From an uncultured Ignavibacteriota bacterium (GTDB taxonomy: Bacteria; Bacteroidota; Ignavibacteria; UBA10030; UBA8401): DNA of 64,000 nt. Positions within the stretch are counted from its first letter, which is position 1; each line of letters opens with the position of its first letter. Shown here in pieces: positions 37,867 through 48,501 of the stretch. A model generated the notes under the pieces. It made no database searches and had not been told where the DNA came from. It was given only the letters and a program-made list of their open reading frames with translations. The position numbers were made by a program, and so were the translations under genes. The stretch spans positions 1,482 through 65,481 of the forward strand of contig CAIOTF010000013.1 in the NCBI GenBank assembly GCA_903861125.1, written 5' to 3'.

Positions 37867-38343
37867 TCACTCTTCGTTTGAAGAGAGGCGTGAGAAAACA
37901 GGAACCAAAACAAAATACGCGCTAATTCCTACGGGTACGGCAAATAAAAACCACGCAACAACCCCACGCATATTCGTCCACCACAGCGATTTGATCGTTC
38001 CCGGCATATCGGCTATCAGCATAGAAAAGATCTGCGACAGGTCTAACGGAACATGTGTCTGCTGAAAGAGAAGTTCACCGGCCTGGATAAACGGTATGAA
38101 CAAAAGCAGCTGCATTGGATAAGCAAAATAGTTAATGAGCAGTATAGCAGGCAAGTTAAGACGAAAAGCAAATGCTGCAGCCGTACATAACAATGTTGTA
38201 GAACCAAGGACGGGAAAAGTTCCAAGTGTAAATCCCAGTACAACACATAACGAAAGCTTTTCAGGGGTAAGTCCTTGCCTTAAAAAATTCAACAGAGGCT
38301 GTATCAGTGTCCGGCTGAAAAACCGTTTTATTATATTTTTCAT
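37867..38343 (-). CDS. DUF2062 domain-containing membrane protein
   Basis: N-terminus RFFSRTLIQPLLNFLRQGLTPEKLSLCVVLGFTLGTFPVLGSTTLLCTAAAFAFRLN matches the DUF2062 consensus pattern. Confidence 0.6.
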   Translation of the reverse strand: MKNIIKRFFSRTLIQPLLNFLRQGLTPEKLSLCVVLGFTLGTFPVLGSTTLLCTAAAFAFRLNLPAILLINYFAYPMQLLLFIPFIQAGELLFQQTHVPLDLSQIFSMLIADMPGTIKSLWWTNMRGVVAWFLFAVPVGISAYFVLVPVFSRLSSNEE

Positions 38344-38415
38344 TTTTCTTCTTCAAGGTGCATCACCACCGCAGATTGTCTTTTTGGTCTCGGACGAAGT
38401 GATGAAATATTGAAA

Positions 38416-39117
38416 TTATATTCCGGCCAACAATCTATCGGCAAGTTTTTTCGGCAAACCGGTATTTAATATTTTTTGACGAGCTGCTTCCGCGTCATAT
38501 TCCACACGGATAAAATTAACACTGAATTGTTCACTGTCGAATACGGCAAAACAAGAACGCCAATTCCCATCCCGCGGTTGGCCGACACTACCGACATTAA
38601 TGATATACCGTTTACGGGGATCAAGAATCTGAGTATCTCCATCCTCGCAGAATATTGCGGGCCGATGGGTATGGCCTACAAAGCAAACTGAAGATTTCAA
38701 TACATTAAAACTTTCCCATGTATCTTCCTGATCGAACAGGTATCGGAATGTTTCGGGTGCATCAGGCGAACTATGGACAAGCAACGCTTGCTCTACCTGA
38801 CGCTGATATGGAAGACTTGAAAGGAACTCTCTATTTTCAGTAATAATCCTTGATCGGGTCCATTCGACTCCGCGCCGTGCTACATCACTGAAATGGTCAA
38901 TAGAAATTTCCCCGGCAACTGCTTTATCGTGGTTTCCCGCGACAGACGGAATATTTCGGGACCGTATAACTTCGATACATTCATTGGGATTTGCACCGTA
39001 TCCCACGATGTCACCAAGGCAGTATATCCCGCCGATGTTCATCACATCGATCTGTGCGAGAACGGCCAGCAAAGCTTCCAGATTTCCGTGAATATCGGAT
39101 ATGAGTGCTATTTTCAT
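38416..39117 (-). CDS. Metallophosphoesterase (calcineurin-like, YfcE/MJ0936-type)
   Basis: SDIHGN, LGDIVGYGANP, GNHD and GHTH motifs. 233 aa. Confidence 0.8.
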   Translation of the reverse strand: MKIALISDIHGNLEALLAVLAQIDVMNIGGIYCLGDIVGYGANPNECIEVIRSRNIPSVAGNHDKAVAGEISIDHFSDVARRGVEWTRSRIITENREFLSSLPYQRQVEQALLVHSSPDAPETFRYLFDQEDTWESFNVLKSSVCFVGHTHRPAIFCEDGDTQILDPRKRYIINVGSVGQPRDGNWRSCFAVFDSEQFSVNFIRVEYDAEAARQKILNTGLPKKLADRLLAGI

Positions 39118-39150
39118 ACTTCAAATGTAATAATAATTATTTGAAGATGA

Positions 39151-39747
39151 ATGACAATCTTTGGGATGAAGGAATATTTTCGTAGTTTAATAGCATTATT
39201 GAAACGACAAAGGACTATGAAAAAAACTCTTACAGCAAAACTTAAAAAGATCAAATTACTTGCAACCGATGTCGACGGTGTTCTTACCGATTCAGGCGCC
39301 TACTATTCGGAGGATGGCGTTGAGCTGAAAAAATTCTCCATCCGCGATGGAATGGGAATCGTATTGCTGAGAAAAGCCGGATATAAAGTTGCCATTGTCA
39401 CTACGGAAAACACAAAAATCGTTGAAAAAAGAGCTCAGCGATTGCAGGTAGATGATCTTCATCAAGGGGTTTTTAATAAGCTGGAAGCAATCGAACTTCT
39501 TTTAAAAAAATACTCGTTGGATTGGGATGAGGTTGCTTTTATCGGTGATGATATCAACGATATCCCCGTGCTCAAAAAGGTAGGTTTTGCCGCGGCACCG
39601 GCCGATGCTACGCCGGCCAACAAAAAAAGTGTTCATTATGTCACTCACAGTAACGGCGGTCATGGTTGTGTCCGAGAGGTGTGTGATCTGCTCCTTGCGC
39701 TGCGATGGAAAGGTGATTCTATCACCGAGTTGTGGCTTAAAAAATAA
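39151..39747 (+). CDS. kdsC: KdsC-like HAD phosphatase (3-deoxy-D-manno-octulosonate-8-phosphate phosphatase family)
   Basis: LLATDVDGVLTD (DxDGV motif), VAIVTTENTKIVEKRAQRL, IGDDINDIPVLK. The probable true start is the Met at 39218 (MKKTLTAK...). Confidence 0.7.
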   Translation: MTIFGMKEYFRSLIALLKRQRTMKKTLTAKLKKIKLLATDVDGVLTDSGAYYSEDGVELKKFSIRDGMGIVLLRKAGYKVAIVTTENTKIVEKRAQRLQVDDLHQGVFNKLEAIELLLKKYSLDWDEVAFIGDDINDIPVLKKVGFAAAPADATPANKKSVHYVTHSNGGHGCVREVCDLLLALRWKGDSITELWLKK

Positions 39748-39753
39748 ATTTCG

Positions 39754-41007
39754 ATGAACAACGTACTCTTCGTTTCATATTTTTGGCCCCCGTCGGGGAA
39801 AGCATCTCTTCATTGGCCGTTATTCATTATCAAACATCTGCCGAAACTCGGCTGGATGCCATGCGTTTTAACGGTTGATGAAGATTCCTTCTCACATACC
39901 GATGAAAGTCTTCTGAAGGAAGTGGACCGGAATGTTAAAGTTATAAAAACCGCTGCAAACGAGCCGTTCAATCTATATCGAAAATTCCTTGGGAAAAAAT
40001 CAGATGCACCGCTTGTTGCGTCCGAAACAATTTCGCGCAGCAACACGGATTGGAAGCATAGGCTTTCCATCTGGATACGGATGAATCTTTTCATTCCGGA
40101 TGCAAGGATCGGATGGTATTTTTCAGCGGTGAGGGGCGGTCAACAGTTGATTGAAACGGAAAAACCTAAAGCGATAGTGACAATCGGTCCACCGCACAGT
40201 TCCCATTTGATCGGAAAAAAATTAAGCAAACGATATCATCTTCCTCATGTTCCCGTGCTGATCGATCCATGGGTTGATATCGTGTATTATAAAGGTTTTA
40301 AGCGCAATGCATTGACCCTGGCGATCGATAACTATTTTGAAAGATCAACATTCAAAAATGCCAAACAAATAGTCTTTGTGACAAAAAGTGCAAAGGCTGA
40401 TTATTTGAAAAAATATCCATGGGTTGAACAAAAATCCCATGTTCTCTATTGGGGATATAATGAAGAATATTTTTCCCTGCAGAAGAAATCTTCCGATGTT
40501 GACATCATTTTGCATGCCGGCAACATCTTTGATTATCAAAATACGCCGGGGTTGTGGAAAAACATTCGATCGGAAATCGATCGGGGGAGAAAACTCCGGC
40601 TCAGATTTGTCGGCACTGTCAGTCCGGAGATCACAAAATCCATTGCATCAGCCGGATTGGAATCCCATACCGACTTTGCGGGATTTCTGCCTTATCAGGA
40701 AGTTCTGCAGGAAATGATCAACGCCAAATATCTTCTTGTCTGTGCAACAGAACAACGCCATGTACCCGGAAAACTATTTGAATATCTTCGTACCGGTAAT
40801 AAGATCATTGCATTTGGAAACGATAATATGGAAATCAGTGAAATTCTTTCTGAGGCGAATGCAGGGGTTCTCTTTCCTTACGATTACGATATGCCTGACA
40901 TTTTTGAAAGGCTCCAGCCGCTGTCGCCAAACCCTGAAAAAGCTAAACAGTACAGCAGAGAGATTATTGCTGAACAGCTTGTTAGTATCCTAAACCCTAT
41001 TGTTTAG
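39754..41007 (+). CDS. Glycosyltransferase, GT-B fold (family 4-like)
   Basis: C-terminal ...LFEYLRTGNKIIAFGN... and the overall architecture resemble group 1 glycosyltransferases. 417 aa. Confidence 0.5.
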   Translation: MNNVLFVSYFWPPSGKASLHWPLFIIKHLPKLGWMPCVLTVDEDSFSHTDESLLKEVDRNVKVIKTAANEPFNLYRKFLGKKSDAPLVASETISRSNTDWKHRLSIWIRMNLFIPDARIGWYFSAVRGGQQLIETEKPKAIVTIGPPHSSHLIGKKLSKRYHLPHVPVLIDPWVDIVYYKGFKRNALTLAIDNYFERSTFKNAKQIVFVTKSAKADYLKKYPWVEQKSHVLYWGYNEEYFSLQKKSSDVDIILHAGNIFDYQNTPGLWKNIRSEIDRGRKLRLRFVGTVSPEITKSIASAGLESHTDFAGFLPYQEVLQEMINAKYLLVCATEQRHVPGKLFEYLRTGNKIIAFGNDNMEISEILSEANAGVLFPYDYDMPDIFERLQPLSPNPEKAKQYSREIIAEQLVSILNPIV

Positions 41008-41017
41008 TCTGTTTTTT
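40990..41017 (+). terminator. Rho-independent terminator at the end of the glycan island
   Basis: CTAAAC-CCTATT-GTTTAG followed by TCTGTTTTTT. It overlaps the stop codon of the last GT gene. Confidence 0.6.
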
Positions 41018-41242
41018 GAATCTTTCCTGCAAATGAAACTGCTCTTGCACACCAACCTATATTTTCGTAAATTTCAAGTAATTTGTGAAGAAAAGGCTGT
41101 AATAGTTATATAAAATTGATACTATTACGAGATCGAGTGCCGTGGAAAGACAAGTGTTAGCCCCAATAATGGGGAGAGTTTTTATTAATAGAACCCGACA
41201 AGTGAAAAGAGCTTGTTTGTGTTGTGAAAGGTAATAGTTGTA

Positions 41243-42823
41243 ATGAAAAAGGAAATTTTGATTAATTCCGTCGGTAATGAGATCCGCATTGCCATAACCG
41301 AAGAGTCGAAACTGGCGGAATTATTCGTAGAAACACCGGAAAAAGAGAGAATGGTCGGCGATATTTACTTCGGTAAGGTGGCAAAAGTAATGCCCGGAAT
41401 TCAAGCTGCATTTATTGATATAGGTTTGCCTCAGGATGCATTTCTTCATTTTTCCGATATCAGCGATGTTCAGGATGAGTATAACGCGATGCTGGATGAT
41501 GAAGAGGATGAAGAAGAAGGAGAAGAAAACCAAGAGAGCAGTGCAGCCGCTGCAAAACCAAAACAGGAACGGAAGCCCCGTGAAGAGCGCCGTAAACAGG
41601 TAAATCTTCAAAAAGGACAGGAAATTATTGTTCAGGTTACCAAAGAACCGGTCGCAAAAAAAGGGGTACGGGTTACGTCGCAAGTTTCACTGCCCGGCCG
41701 ATTTTTAGTCCTGCTTCCGTTTGACGGCAAGGTGGGTATCTCCAAAAAGATCAGCAGTTTCCGTGAGCGCCGCCGGTTGCGCCGATTGGTACGAAGCATC
41801 CTTCCGCAAGGGTTCGGCGTTATCGTTCGGACGAACGCAGAGAATCAGGATGAAAAATTGTTCCTTAACGATCTTGAATCGCTTCTTGTTTCGTGGCGTG
41901 AAATTGAAAAGAGCGCCAAAGAAGAACAGCCGCCCTCGTTGATTTATAAGGATATGGCAACAACGTCAAGCGTGATCCGCGATCTTTTTAGCGAACAGGT
42001 CGAACGGGTTGTTACAGACGATAAAAAACTCTTCAAAGAAATAAAATCGTACGTAAAAGTTTTTTCTCCGGAAATGGCGGACCGCGTTGAGTTTTACGGT
42101 AAACGCGAGCCGATCTTTGATGCCTTCGGCATTGAAAAAGAAATTGCTACACTTCTTGCCCGTAAAGTTTGGCTCAAGCACGGCGGTTACATTATTCTGG
42201 AACCGACGGAAGCGATGGTTGTTGTTGATGTGAACAGCGGACGGTATGCAGCCAGCAAAGAACAGGAAGAAAATTCACTTCGCACGAATCTTGAGGCGGC
42301 GCGTGAAATTTCTCGTCAGATCCGTTTGCGCGATCTCGGCGGAATCATCGTGATTGACTTCATTGATATGCTCGACGAGAGAAACAAGAAAAAAGTCTAC
42401 GACGAAATGAAGAAGGAGTTCAAGCGCGACCGTTCGAAGCACACGATCCTTCCGCTAACCGATTTCTGTATCATGCAGATTACACGGCAGCGGCAGCGGC
42501 AAAGCATCATCCATAGTTTCACTGAACCTTGTCCGGTCTGCGGCGGAACGGGAATGATCCAGTCAAAGACGACGATCCTTAGCCACATTGAACGCTGGCT
42601 GCGGCGATACCGTGCCGAAGGCAAAGAATTCCGTCTTGTTCTGCGTGTTAATCCAAGCATGGCCGAATATGTTACGACCGGATTCTTCAGTCGTAAATGG
42701 CAGATGCGGTTGAATTCTCTGAAATGGGTCACCGTTGAAGCGGATAAGACACTACAGATTGATGATTTCAGGTTCATTTCTGTAAAACAAGACAAAGACA
42801 TTACACCGGAATTTTTGAATTAG
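41243..42823 (+). CDS. rng: Ribonuclease E/G family endoribonuclease (RNase G-sized)
   Basis: S1 domain [23 protein letters not shown]. Catalytic region [15 protein letters not shown]. 526 aa, with an acidic/basic low-complexity insert. Confidence 0.8.
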   Translation: MKKEILINSVGNEIRIAITEESKLAELFVETPEKERMVGDIYFGKVAKVMPGIQAAFIDIGLPQDAFLHFSDISDVQDEYNAMLDDEEDEEEGEENQESSAAAAKPKQERKPREERRKQVNLQKGQEIIVQVTKEPVAKKGVRVTSQVSLPGRFLVLLPFDGKVGISKKISSFRERRRLRRLVRSILPQGFGVIVRTNAENQDEKLFLNDLESLLVSWREIEKSAKEEQPPSLIYKDMATTSSVIRDLFSEQVERVVTDDKKLFKEIKSYVKVFSPEMADRVEFYGKREPIFDAFGIEKEIATLLARKVWLKHGGYIILEPTEAMVVVDVNSGRYAASKEQEENSLRTNLEAAREISRQIRLRDLGGIIVIDFIDMLDERNKKKVYDEMKKEFKRDRSKHTILPLTDFCIMQITRQRQRQSIIHSFTEPCPVCGGTGMIQSKTTILSHIERWLRRYRAEGKEFRLVLRVNPSMAEYVTTGFFSRKWQMRLNSLKWVTVEADKTLQIDDFRFISVKQDKDITPEFLN

Positions 42824-42833
42824 GAGATTTTCA

Positions 42834-43481
42834 ATGAAATTTTTTATCGACACGGCAAATCTTGCCGAAATTAAAGAAGCGAATGATCTTGGTGTTCTTG
42901 ACGGTGTAACAACAAATCCGTCGTTGGTAGCAAAAGAAGGCAAGGAGTTCATCCCGCTGCTGAAAGAGATCTGCGCCGTTGTGAACGGACCGATCAGTGC
43001 GGAAGTAGTAGCGATGGATTTTGCGGGAATGATGAAAGAAGGGAAAGAACTTGCGAAGATCCACAGCAACATTGTAATTAAACTTCCGCTGATTAAAGAC
43101 GGTTTGAAAGCTGCGAAAGCATTTCATTCCGAAGGGATACGGACGAATGTTACACTCTGTTTTTCTGCGAATCAGGCGCTGCTCGCAGCAAAAGCGGGTG
43201 CTACGTACATCAGTCCATTTGTCGGCCGACTGGATGATATCAGCACAGACGGTATGCAGCTGATCGAACAGATCGTTACGATCTATAACAATTACGGTTT
43301 TGAGACTGAAGTTCTCGTTGCCAGTGTGCGTCATCCGATCCATGTTATGCAGGCTGCGCTCATGGGAGCACATGTATGCACCATGCCGCTGAAGGTGATC
43401 GATCAATTGATCAAACATCCTCTGACAGATATCGGACTCGAAAAATTTCTTGCCGATTGGAAAAAAGGACAGCCGAAATGA
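42834..43481 (+). CDS. tal: Transaldolase / fructose-6-phosphate aldolase family (short type)
   Basis: [31 protein letters not shown]. 215 aa. Confidence 0.9.
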   Translation: MKFFIDTANLAEIKEANDLGVLDGVTTNPSLVAKEGKEFIPLLKEICAVVNGPISAEVVAMDFAGMMKEGKELAKIHSNIVIKLPLIKDGLKAAKAFHSEGIRTNVTLCFSANQALLAAKAGATYISPFVGRLDDISTDGMQLIEQIVTIYNNYGFETEVLVASVRHPIHVMQAALMGAHVCTMPLKVIDQLIKHPLTDIGLEKFLADWKKGQPK

Positions 43482-44557
43482 AGCGAACTCCATTCTTCGA
43501 TATCCATCAAAAAGCAGGGGGAAAAATAGTCCCGTTTGGCGGCTACGAAATGCCGGTTCAATATGCCGGCATTATGGAAGAACACAAGACCGTTCGTAAT
43601 GCTGTCGGTGTTTTTGATGTATCCCATATGGGCGAATTTTTTGCTGCTGGCGCACAAGCTCTTCCGTTTCTCCAAAAGATTACCGTGAATGATGTTTCAA
43701 AACTCACGCCCGGAAAAGCGCAATACTCCGCAATGTGTTATGAAGACGGCGGGATTGTAGATGATTTGCTTATTTACATGCTGGCAGAAAATTCCTACAT
43801 GATCGTCGTCAATGCGTCGAACATCGACAAGGATTGGGAATGGATGAAAAAACATTGCCCATCCGAGGTAACATTCGAAAATAAAAGTGATGGAACGGCT
43901 CTGCTGGCGGTTCAAGGTCCAAAATCTTTGCTGACAATGCAGAAATTAACATCAGCAGACCTTTCGTCGATTCCGTATTATCATTTTGTGCAGGGGAATC
44001 TTGCCGGCATCGATATGATCATTTCCCGTACCGGATACACGGGTGAATTAGGATTTGAGATCTATTTTGATGTCCGCCATGGAGAAAAGATCTGGAATGC
44101 CATTTTTGATGCCGGAAAAGAATTCGGCATTGCACCGATCGGACTCGGCGCGCGTGATACGCTTCGGCTGGAAATGGGATACTGTTTATACGGCAATGAT
44201 ATTGACCAAACGACAAACCCGATCGAAGGCGGACTTGGGTGGATCACAAAATTGGCAAAAGGTGAATTTATTGCAAAGCCGGTTCTTGAAAGAACGAAAG
44301 CGGACGGTCCGAAAAGAAAATTGGTCGGTATGATGCTGCACGAAAAGGCTGTTCCCCGTCACGGGTATCCCCTGATGGCGAGCGGAGCAAACGTCGGAGT
44401 GGTAACGAGCGGAACATTCTCTCCGACGCTGGAAAAAGGAATTGCAATGGGGTATGTGAATGCCGCACATGCTTCGATCGGTTCGAAGATTCAAATAGAT
44501 GTTCGTGGGAAATTCATCGATGCAACGATCGTTGCGTTGCCGTTTTTAAAAAAATAA
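43478..44557 (+). CDS. gcvT: Glycine cleavage system aminomethyltransferase T
   Basis: [29 protein letters not shown]. The start ATG overlaps the tal stop (ATGA). Confidence 0.9.
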   Translation: MKRTPFFDIHQKAGGKIVPFGGYEMPVQYAGIMEEHKTVRNAVGVFDVSHMGEFFAAGAQALPFLQKITVNDVSKLTPGKAQYSAMCYEDGGIVDDLLIYMLAENSYMIVVNASNIDKDWEWMKKHCPSEVTFENKSDGTALLAVQGPKSLLTMQKLTSADLSSIPYYHFVQGNLAGIDMIISRTGYTGELGFEIYFDVRHGEKIWNAIFDAGKEFGIAPIGLGARDTLRLEMGYCLYGNDIDQTTNPIEGGLGWITKLAKGEFIAKPVLERTKADGPKRKLVGMMLHEKAVPRHGYPLMASGANVGVVTSGTFSPTLEKGIAMGYVNAAHASIGSKIQIDVRGKFIDATIVALPFLKK

Positions 44558-44588
44558 ATTGCTGCGGCTATTCCGGGGGGAACACTGT

Positions 44589-45377
44589 ATGAAAATAGAA
44601 GTTTTTTTTTCTCCATCACAGATTGACGACCTGTTTTTGCGCGACAAGAATGTTGTTGTGATTGATGTTCTTCGCGCCAGTACATCGGTGATCACTGCGC
44701 TGAACAACGGCGCAAAAGAGATCATACCGGTAAACACGATCGAATCTGCCGTGAAGGTTTCAGGGAATTTATTCGGCGATGTTGTTCTGCGCGGCGGCGA
44801 ACGCAACGGAAAGATCATCGAAGGATTCAATCTCGGAAACTCGCCTCAGGAATACACCGAAGAAGCAGTGAAAGGGAAGTCGATCATCTTCTACACATCG
44901 AACGGTGCGCCGACGATGTGGAAAGCCCGCTACGCAAAAAATCTGATCATCGCCGGGTTTGTCAATATGACCTCAGTCGTAAAACGGATCACGGCACTGA
45001 AAGACGATGTGTATATCCTCTGTGCCGGCAAGCATACACAATTTTGTCTGGAAGATGCCGTGTGTGCCGGAATGATCATTAAGGGTTTGATGGAAAACAA
45101 GGATGCGGAGTGCGAGTTCAATGATTCGGGGTCGGCAGCATACACGTTATACAAGAGTGCAAGCAAAAATCTTTTGAAGATGGCGAGGACCTGTGATCAC
45201 GGTAAATTTCTCATCGAGATCGGCTTTGAAAGCGATCTTGAATTCTGCACGAATGTTGATGCATTCGATGTCGTTCCTGAACTCTCGAGTAATGTTATCA
45301 AACTGAAGAAAAAAGCGGATCCTGGTGTTCCGCACGTACCGATCAGTATTGACACCTCCGGCGGAAAAGGAGAATAA
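44589..45377 (+). CDS. 2-phosphosulfolactate phosphatase (ComB) family protein
   Basis: VVIDVLRASTSVITAL...FYTSNGAP, characteristic of the ComB family. The start is the Met at 44589. Confidence 0.65.
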   Translation: MKIEVFFSPSQIDDLFLRDKNVVVIDVLRASTSVITALNNGAKEIIPVNTIESAVKVSGNLFGDVVLRGGERNGKIIEGFNLGNSPQEYTEEAVKGKSIIFYTSNGAPTMWKARYAKNLIIAGFVNMTSVVKRITALKDDVYILCAGKHTQFCLEDAVCAGMIIKGLMENKDAECEFNDSGSAAYTLYKSASKNLLKMARTCDHGKFLIEIGFESDLEFCTNVDAFDVVPELSSNVIKLKKKADPGVPHVPISIDTSGGKGE

Positions 45378-47854
45378 TGGAAGACTTTCCACTGCCACCA
45401 CAGGAGATTCCGCCTCCACCCGCACGAAAGAAAAAATCCGACACCGGAGCGAAGAAGAACCCGCAGCAGCGTAAACAGGTGCTTTCGTTTCTTGTAATTG
45501 TATTCGGGATTATGACGCTCCTTTCGATGGTGTCCTATTCCCCGGCAGACGAAGCGAATGGCGATGTTCGCTTTTCAGATCTTTACAAAGTGTTCACGAA
45601 CGATCTGCTCATACAGCAGAAATCCGAACTGACAACCAATTGGCTTGGTTTGTCCGGTGCGATCCTTTCCAATTTTCTTATCAACTCAACGGTCGGGTTC
45701 TTTTCATTCATCGTTCCCACGCTGCTGTTAATGTGGGGCTGGACGATGCTGCGGAGCGGAAATATCCGGCGCCTTGTCTATTTCACCAATTATGCCATTG
45801 TCATATCCCTTCTTGGGGCCGCTTTTTTCGGTTTGCTGCGTAAGACCGGTTTGGCTGAAGTAATTTCTTCGGAATGGCACGGAAGTTTCGGAGCATTCTT
45901 TGCGACCATCCTGCAGCAATCCATCGGATTGGCCGGAGGGATGATTCTTACCGTTTCGTTCATCATCGTTACCCTAACACTTGCCATCGACCTTGACCTC
46001 CATAAGACATCGGAGCGTTTAAGAATTTTTTTTATTGCTCTGGGAGAGATGTTCGGCGCAAAGATGGAAGAATGGAAGGAGCAGCAGGAGGTTCGGGCAC
46101 AGCAGCGTGAGGAAGAGAGAAAAAAATCCGCTTCTGAGATTAAAGTAAAACGACCGGATTCCGAATTGCAGGAACAAGGCATTAAAGCCGAACCTAAAAT
46201 TGTACAGCCGAAAAAAGAAGTGCTGAGAGCTCAGCCAAAAATAAACGGACCTCGTGACGAAGAACTTCCGCCGCCGATCGATGCTTCGGATATTCCGCTG
46301 GAGATCAATGAAGGCGTCACGGAAAAGGAAGCAGAACTGGAAGAACGCGAAGTGGAAGATGAAGAGATTGATTACGTATTCCCGTCTGTCGACCTGCTTG
46401 ATGCAAAAAAATATGAGGAAAAGATCAGTGACGATGAGTTGAAGAATAATGCCGCACTGCTGCAGGCAAAACTTGCAGACTTTGATGTAGAAATTGCCAA
46501 TGTCAGTGTTACCCCCGGTCCGGTTGTGACGCTGTATGAACTTGTTCCGGCAACCGGCGTAAAAGTCTCAAAGATCACGTCACTCTCGAACGATCTGGCT
46601 CTGGCGATGCAGGCACGCGGCATCCGGATTGAAGCGCCAATTCCCGGAAAAGGAACCGTGGGCGTTGAAATCCCGAATAACAAACCGCAGATAGTAACGA
46701 TACGCAGCATACTTAATTCGGAAAAATTCCGCGACAGCAAGGCGGCTCTGCCGCTTGCAATGGGCAAGACCATTACGGGCGAAATCTACATTGACGATCT
46801 GGCAAAAATGCCGCACGTACTTATTGCGGGTGCAACGGGAATGGGAAAAAGCGTCGGTATCAATACGATTATTGCAAGTTTATTGTATCGTCTGCATCCG
46901 TCGGAATTGAAATTCATTCTTGTCGATCCAAAGAAGATCGAATTAAGTCTGTATGAAAAACTGAAGAATCATTTTCTTGCTGTGTCGCCAGATATCGACG
47001 AGAAAATCATTACGCAGCCGCAGAATGCAGTGTTAGTACTAAAATCCTGTGTGATTGAAATGGAACGACGATACGATCTACTTGCATCGGCCGGTGTTCG
47101 CCACGTAACGGATTACAACGCACGATTTAAGGATGGACGGCTCAAAGGAAAAGATACCGACCTGATAAAACACCGTTTCCTGCCGTACATTGTTGTGATC
47201 GTGGATGAACTTGCTGATCTGATGATGACAACAGCGAAAGAAGTGGAAGAGTCCATTGCACGTATTGCACAACTTGCCCGCGCCGTCGGCATCCATCTTG
47301 TGTTGGCCACTCAGCGTCCGTCTGTGGATGTCATTACCGGTGTGATTAAAGCCAATTTCCCGTCGCGAATAGCGTACGCCGTATCATCAAAGATTGATTC
47401 GCGCACCATTCTTGACGGCAGCGGCGCCGAGCAATTGATCGGACGCGGCGATATGCTGTTCCAATCATCCAGCAGTCCGAAAGCCATACGAATGCAGAAT
47501 GCATATATCTCCAGTGAAGAGGTTGAAGGCATTGTTGAACATATCGGCAGGCAAAAAGGATACAGTAAAATGTATGAGCTTCCCTCCGCACTGGAAAAGA
47601 AAAAAGGGGGCGGCGGTGCAAACGGCGGTGAACGGGACGAACTGTTTGAAGAAGCAGCACGTATTATCGTACGCCACCAGCAGGGATCGGTTTCGCTACT
47701 GCAGCGTCGCCTGAGCGTTGGATATTCGCGTGCGGCACGGTTGGTCGATCAGTTAGAAGAGGCGGGCATTGTCGGTCAGTTCGACGGCAGCAAAGCACGT
47801 GAGGTTATGATTGAGGATGAATCGCAATTGGAAATTATCTTAAAGAGTTTGTAA
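45377..47854 (+). CDS. ftsK: DNA translocase FtsK/SpoIIIE
   Basis: N-terminal TM segments, a Pro/Glu/Lys-rich linker, Walker A GATGMGKSVGIN, and a C-terminal winged-helix gamma domain (LLQRRLSVGYSRAARLVDQLE). Confidence 0.9.
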   Translation: MEDFPLPPQEIPPPPARKKKSDTGAKKNPQQRKQVLSFLVIVFGIMTLLSMVSYSPADEANGDVRFSDLYKVFTNDLLIQQKSELTTNWLGLSGAILSNFLINSTVGFFSFIVPTLLLMWGWTMLRSGNIRRLVYFTNYAIVISLLGAAFFGLLRKTGLAEVISSEWHGSFGAFFATILQQSIGLAGGMILTVSFIIVTLTLAIDLDLHKTSERLRIFFIALGEMFGAKMEEWKEQQEVRAQQREEERKKSASEIKVKRPDSELQEQGIKAEPKIVQPKKEVLRAQPKINGPRDEELPPPIDASDIPLEINEGVTEKEAELEEREVEDEEIDYVFPSVDLLDAKKYEEKISDDELKNNAALLQAKLADFDVEIANVSVTPGPVVTLYELVPATGVKVSKITSLSNDLALAMQARGIRIEAPIPGKGTVGVEIPNNKPQIVTIRSILNSEKFRDSKAALPLAMGKTITGEIYIDDLAKMPHVLIAGATGMGKSVGINTIIASLLYRLHPSELKFILVDPKKIELSLYEKLKNHFLAVSPDIDEKIITQPQNAVLVLKSCVIEMERRYDLLASAGVRHVTDYNARFKDGRLKGKDTDLIKHRFLPYIVVIVDELADLMMTTAKEVEESIARIAQLARAVGIHLVLATQRPSVDVITGVIKANFPSRIAYAVSSKIDSRTILDGSGAEQLIGRGDMLFQSSSSPKAIRMQNAYISSEEVEGIVEHIGRQKGYSKMYELPSALEKKKGGGGANGGERDELFEEAARIIVRHQQGSVSLLQRRLSVGYSRAARLVDQLEEAGIVGQFDGSKAREVMIEDESQLEIILKSL

Positions 47855-47859
47855 ACAAT

Positions 47860-48495
47860 ATGATAACATGTGCAGCGATCATATCCTTTCTCTTTGCGGC
47901 GGTTTCCGTTCAGGAACCGACTCCTTCCGATGTTCTGGAGAAGATACGGACGCACTATTCTTTGATGAACGATGCATCGGCTTCATTCACGCAGACCGTA
48001 AAAATGCGATACAAAAAAACAGGCAGGCAGGCCTCCGGTACTGTGAAAATAAAAAAAGGGAATAAGTATCGTCTTGAAACTGACCAGCAGACGATCGTTA
48101 CAGACGGTCAAACTGTGTGGATGTACAATCCGGCTTCTCATCAGGTACTTAAAGACCGGTACAAGCAAAACCGCCAGCCGTTCTCACCCGATAAATTTTT
48201 ACTCGGACTTCCGAAAGAATTTTCGGCAACACATGTGGATAAAGACTCTCAGTATTATGTGCTCACGCTTCAACCTGCCAAAACCGGTACACCATCCTCC
48301 TCTATCGCCTTGCTGAAGATTTGGGTGAACCCGGAAACATGGGTTTTTGAAAAGATCGAAATCACGGATGCAAACAATACGGCAACAATGATCGTTCTTG
48401 CCAATATTGAGTTTAACAAAGGCATTCTTGACAAAGCGTTTCAATTTGAAATTTTACCTGAGATGAAAGTTGTTGACCTGACGGCAATACAATAA
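47860..48495 (+). CDS. lolA: LolA-like outer-membrane lipoprotein carrier protein
   Basis: Signal peptide. 211 aa. Periplasmic LolA-fold-like sequence, located downstream of ftsK as in many Gram-negatives. Confidence 0.55.
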   Translation: MITCAAIISFLFAAVSVQEPTPSDVLEKIRTHYSLMNDASASFTQTVKMRYKKTGRQASGTVKIKKGNKYRLETDQQTIVTDGQTVWMYNPASHQVLKDRYKQNRQPFSPDKFLLGLPKEFSATHVDKDSQYYVLTLQPAKTGTPSSSIALLKIWVNPETWVFEKIEITDANNTATMIVLANIEFNKGILDKAFQFEILPEMKVVDLTAIQ

Positions 48496-48501
48496 TGTGA
48501 A

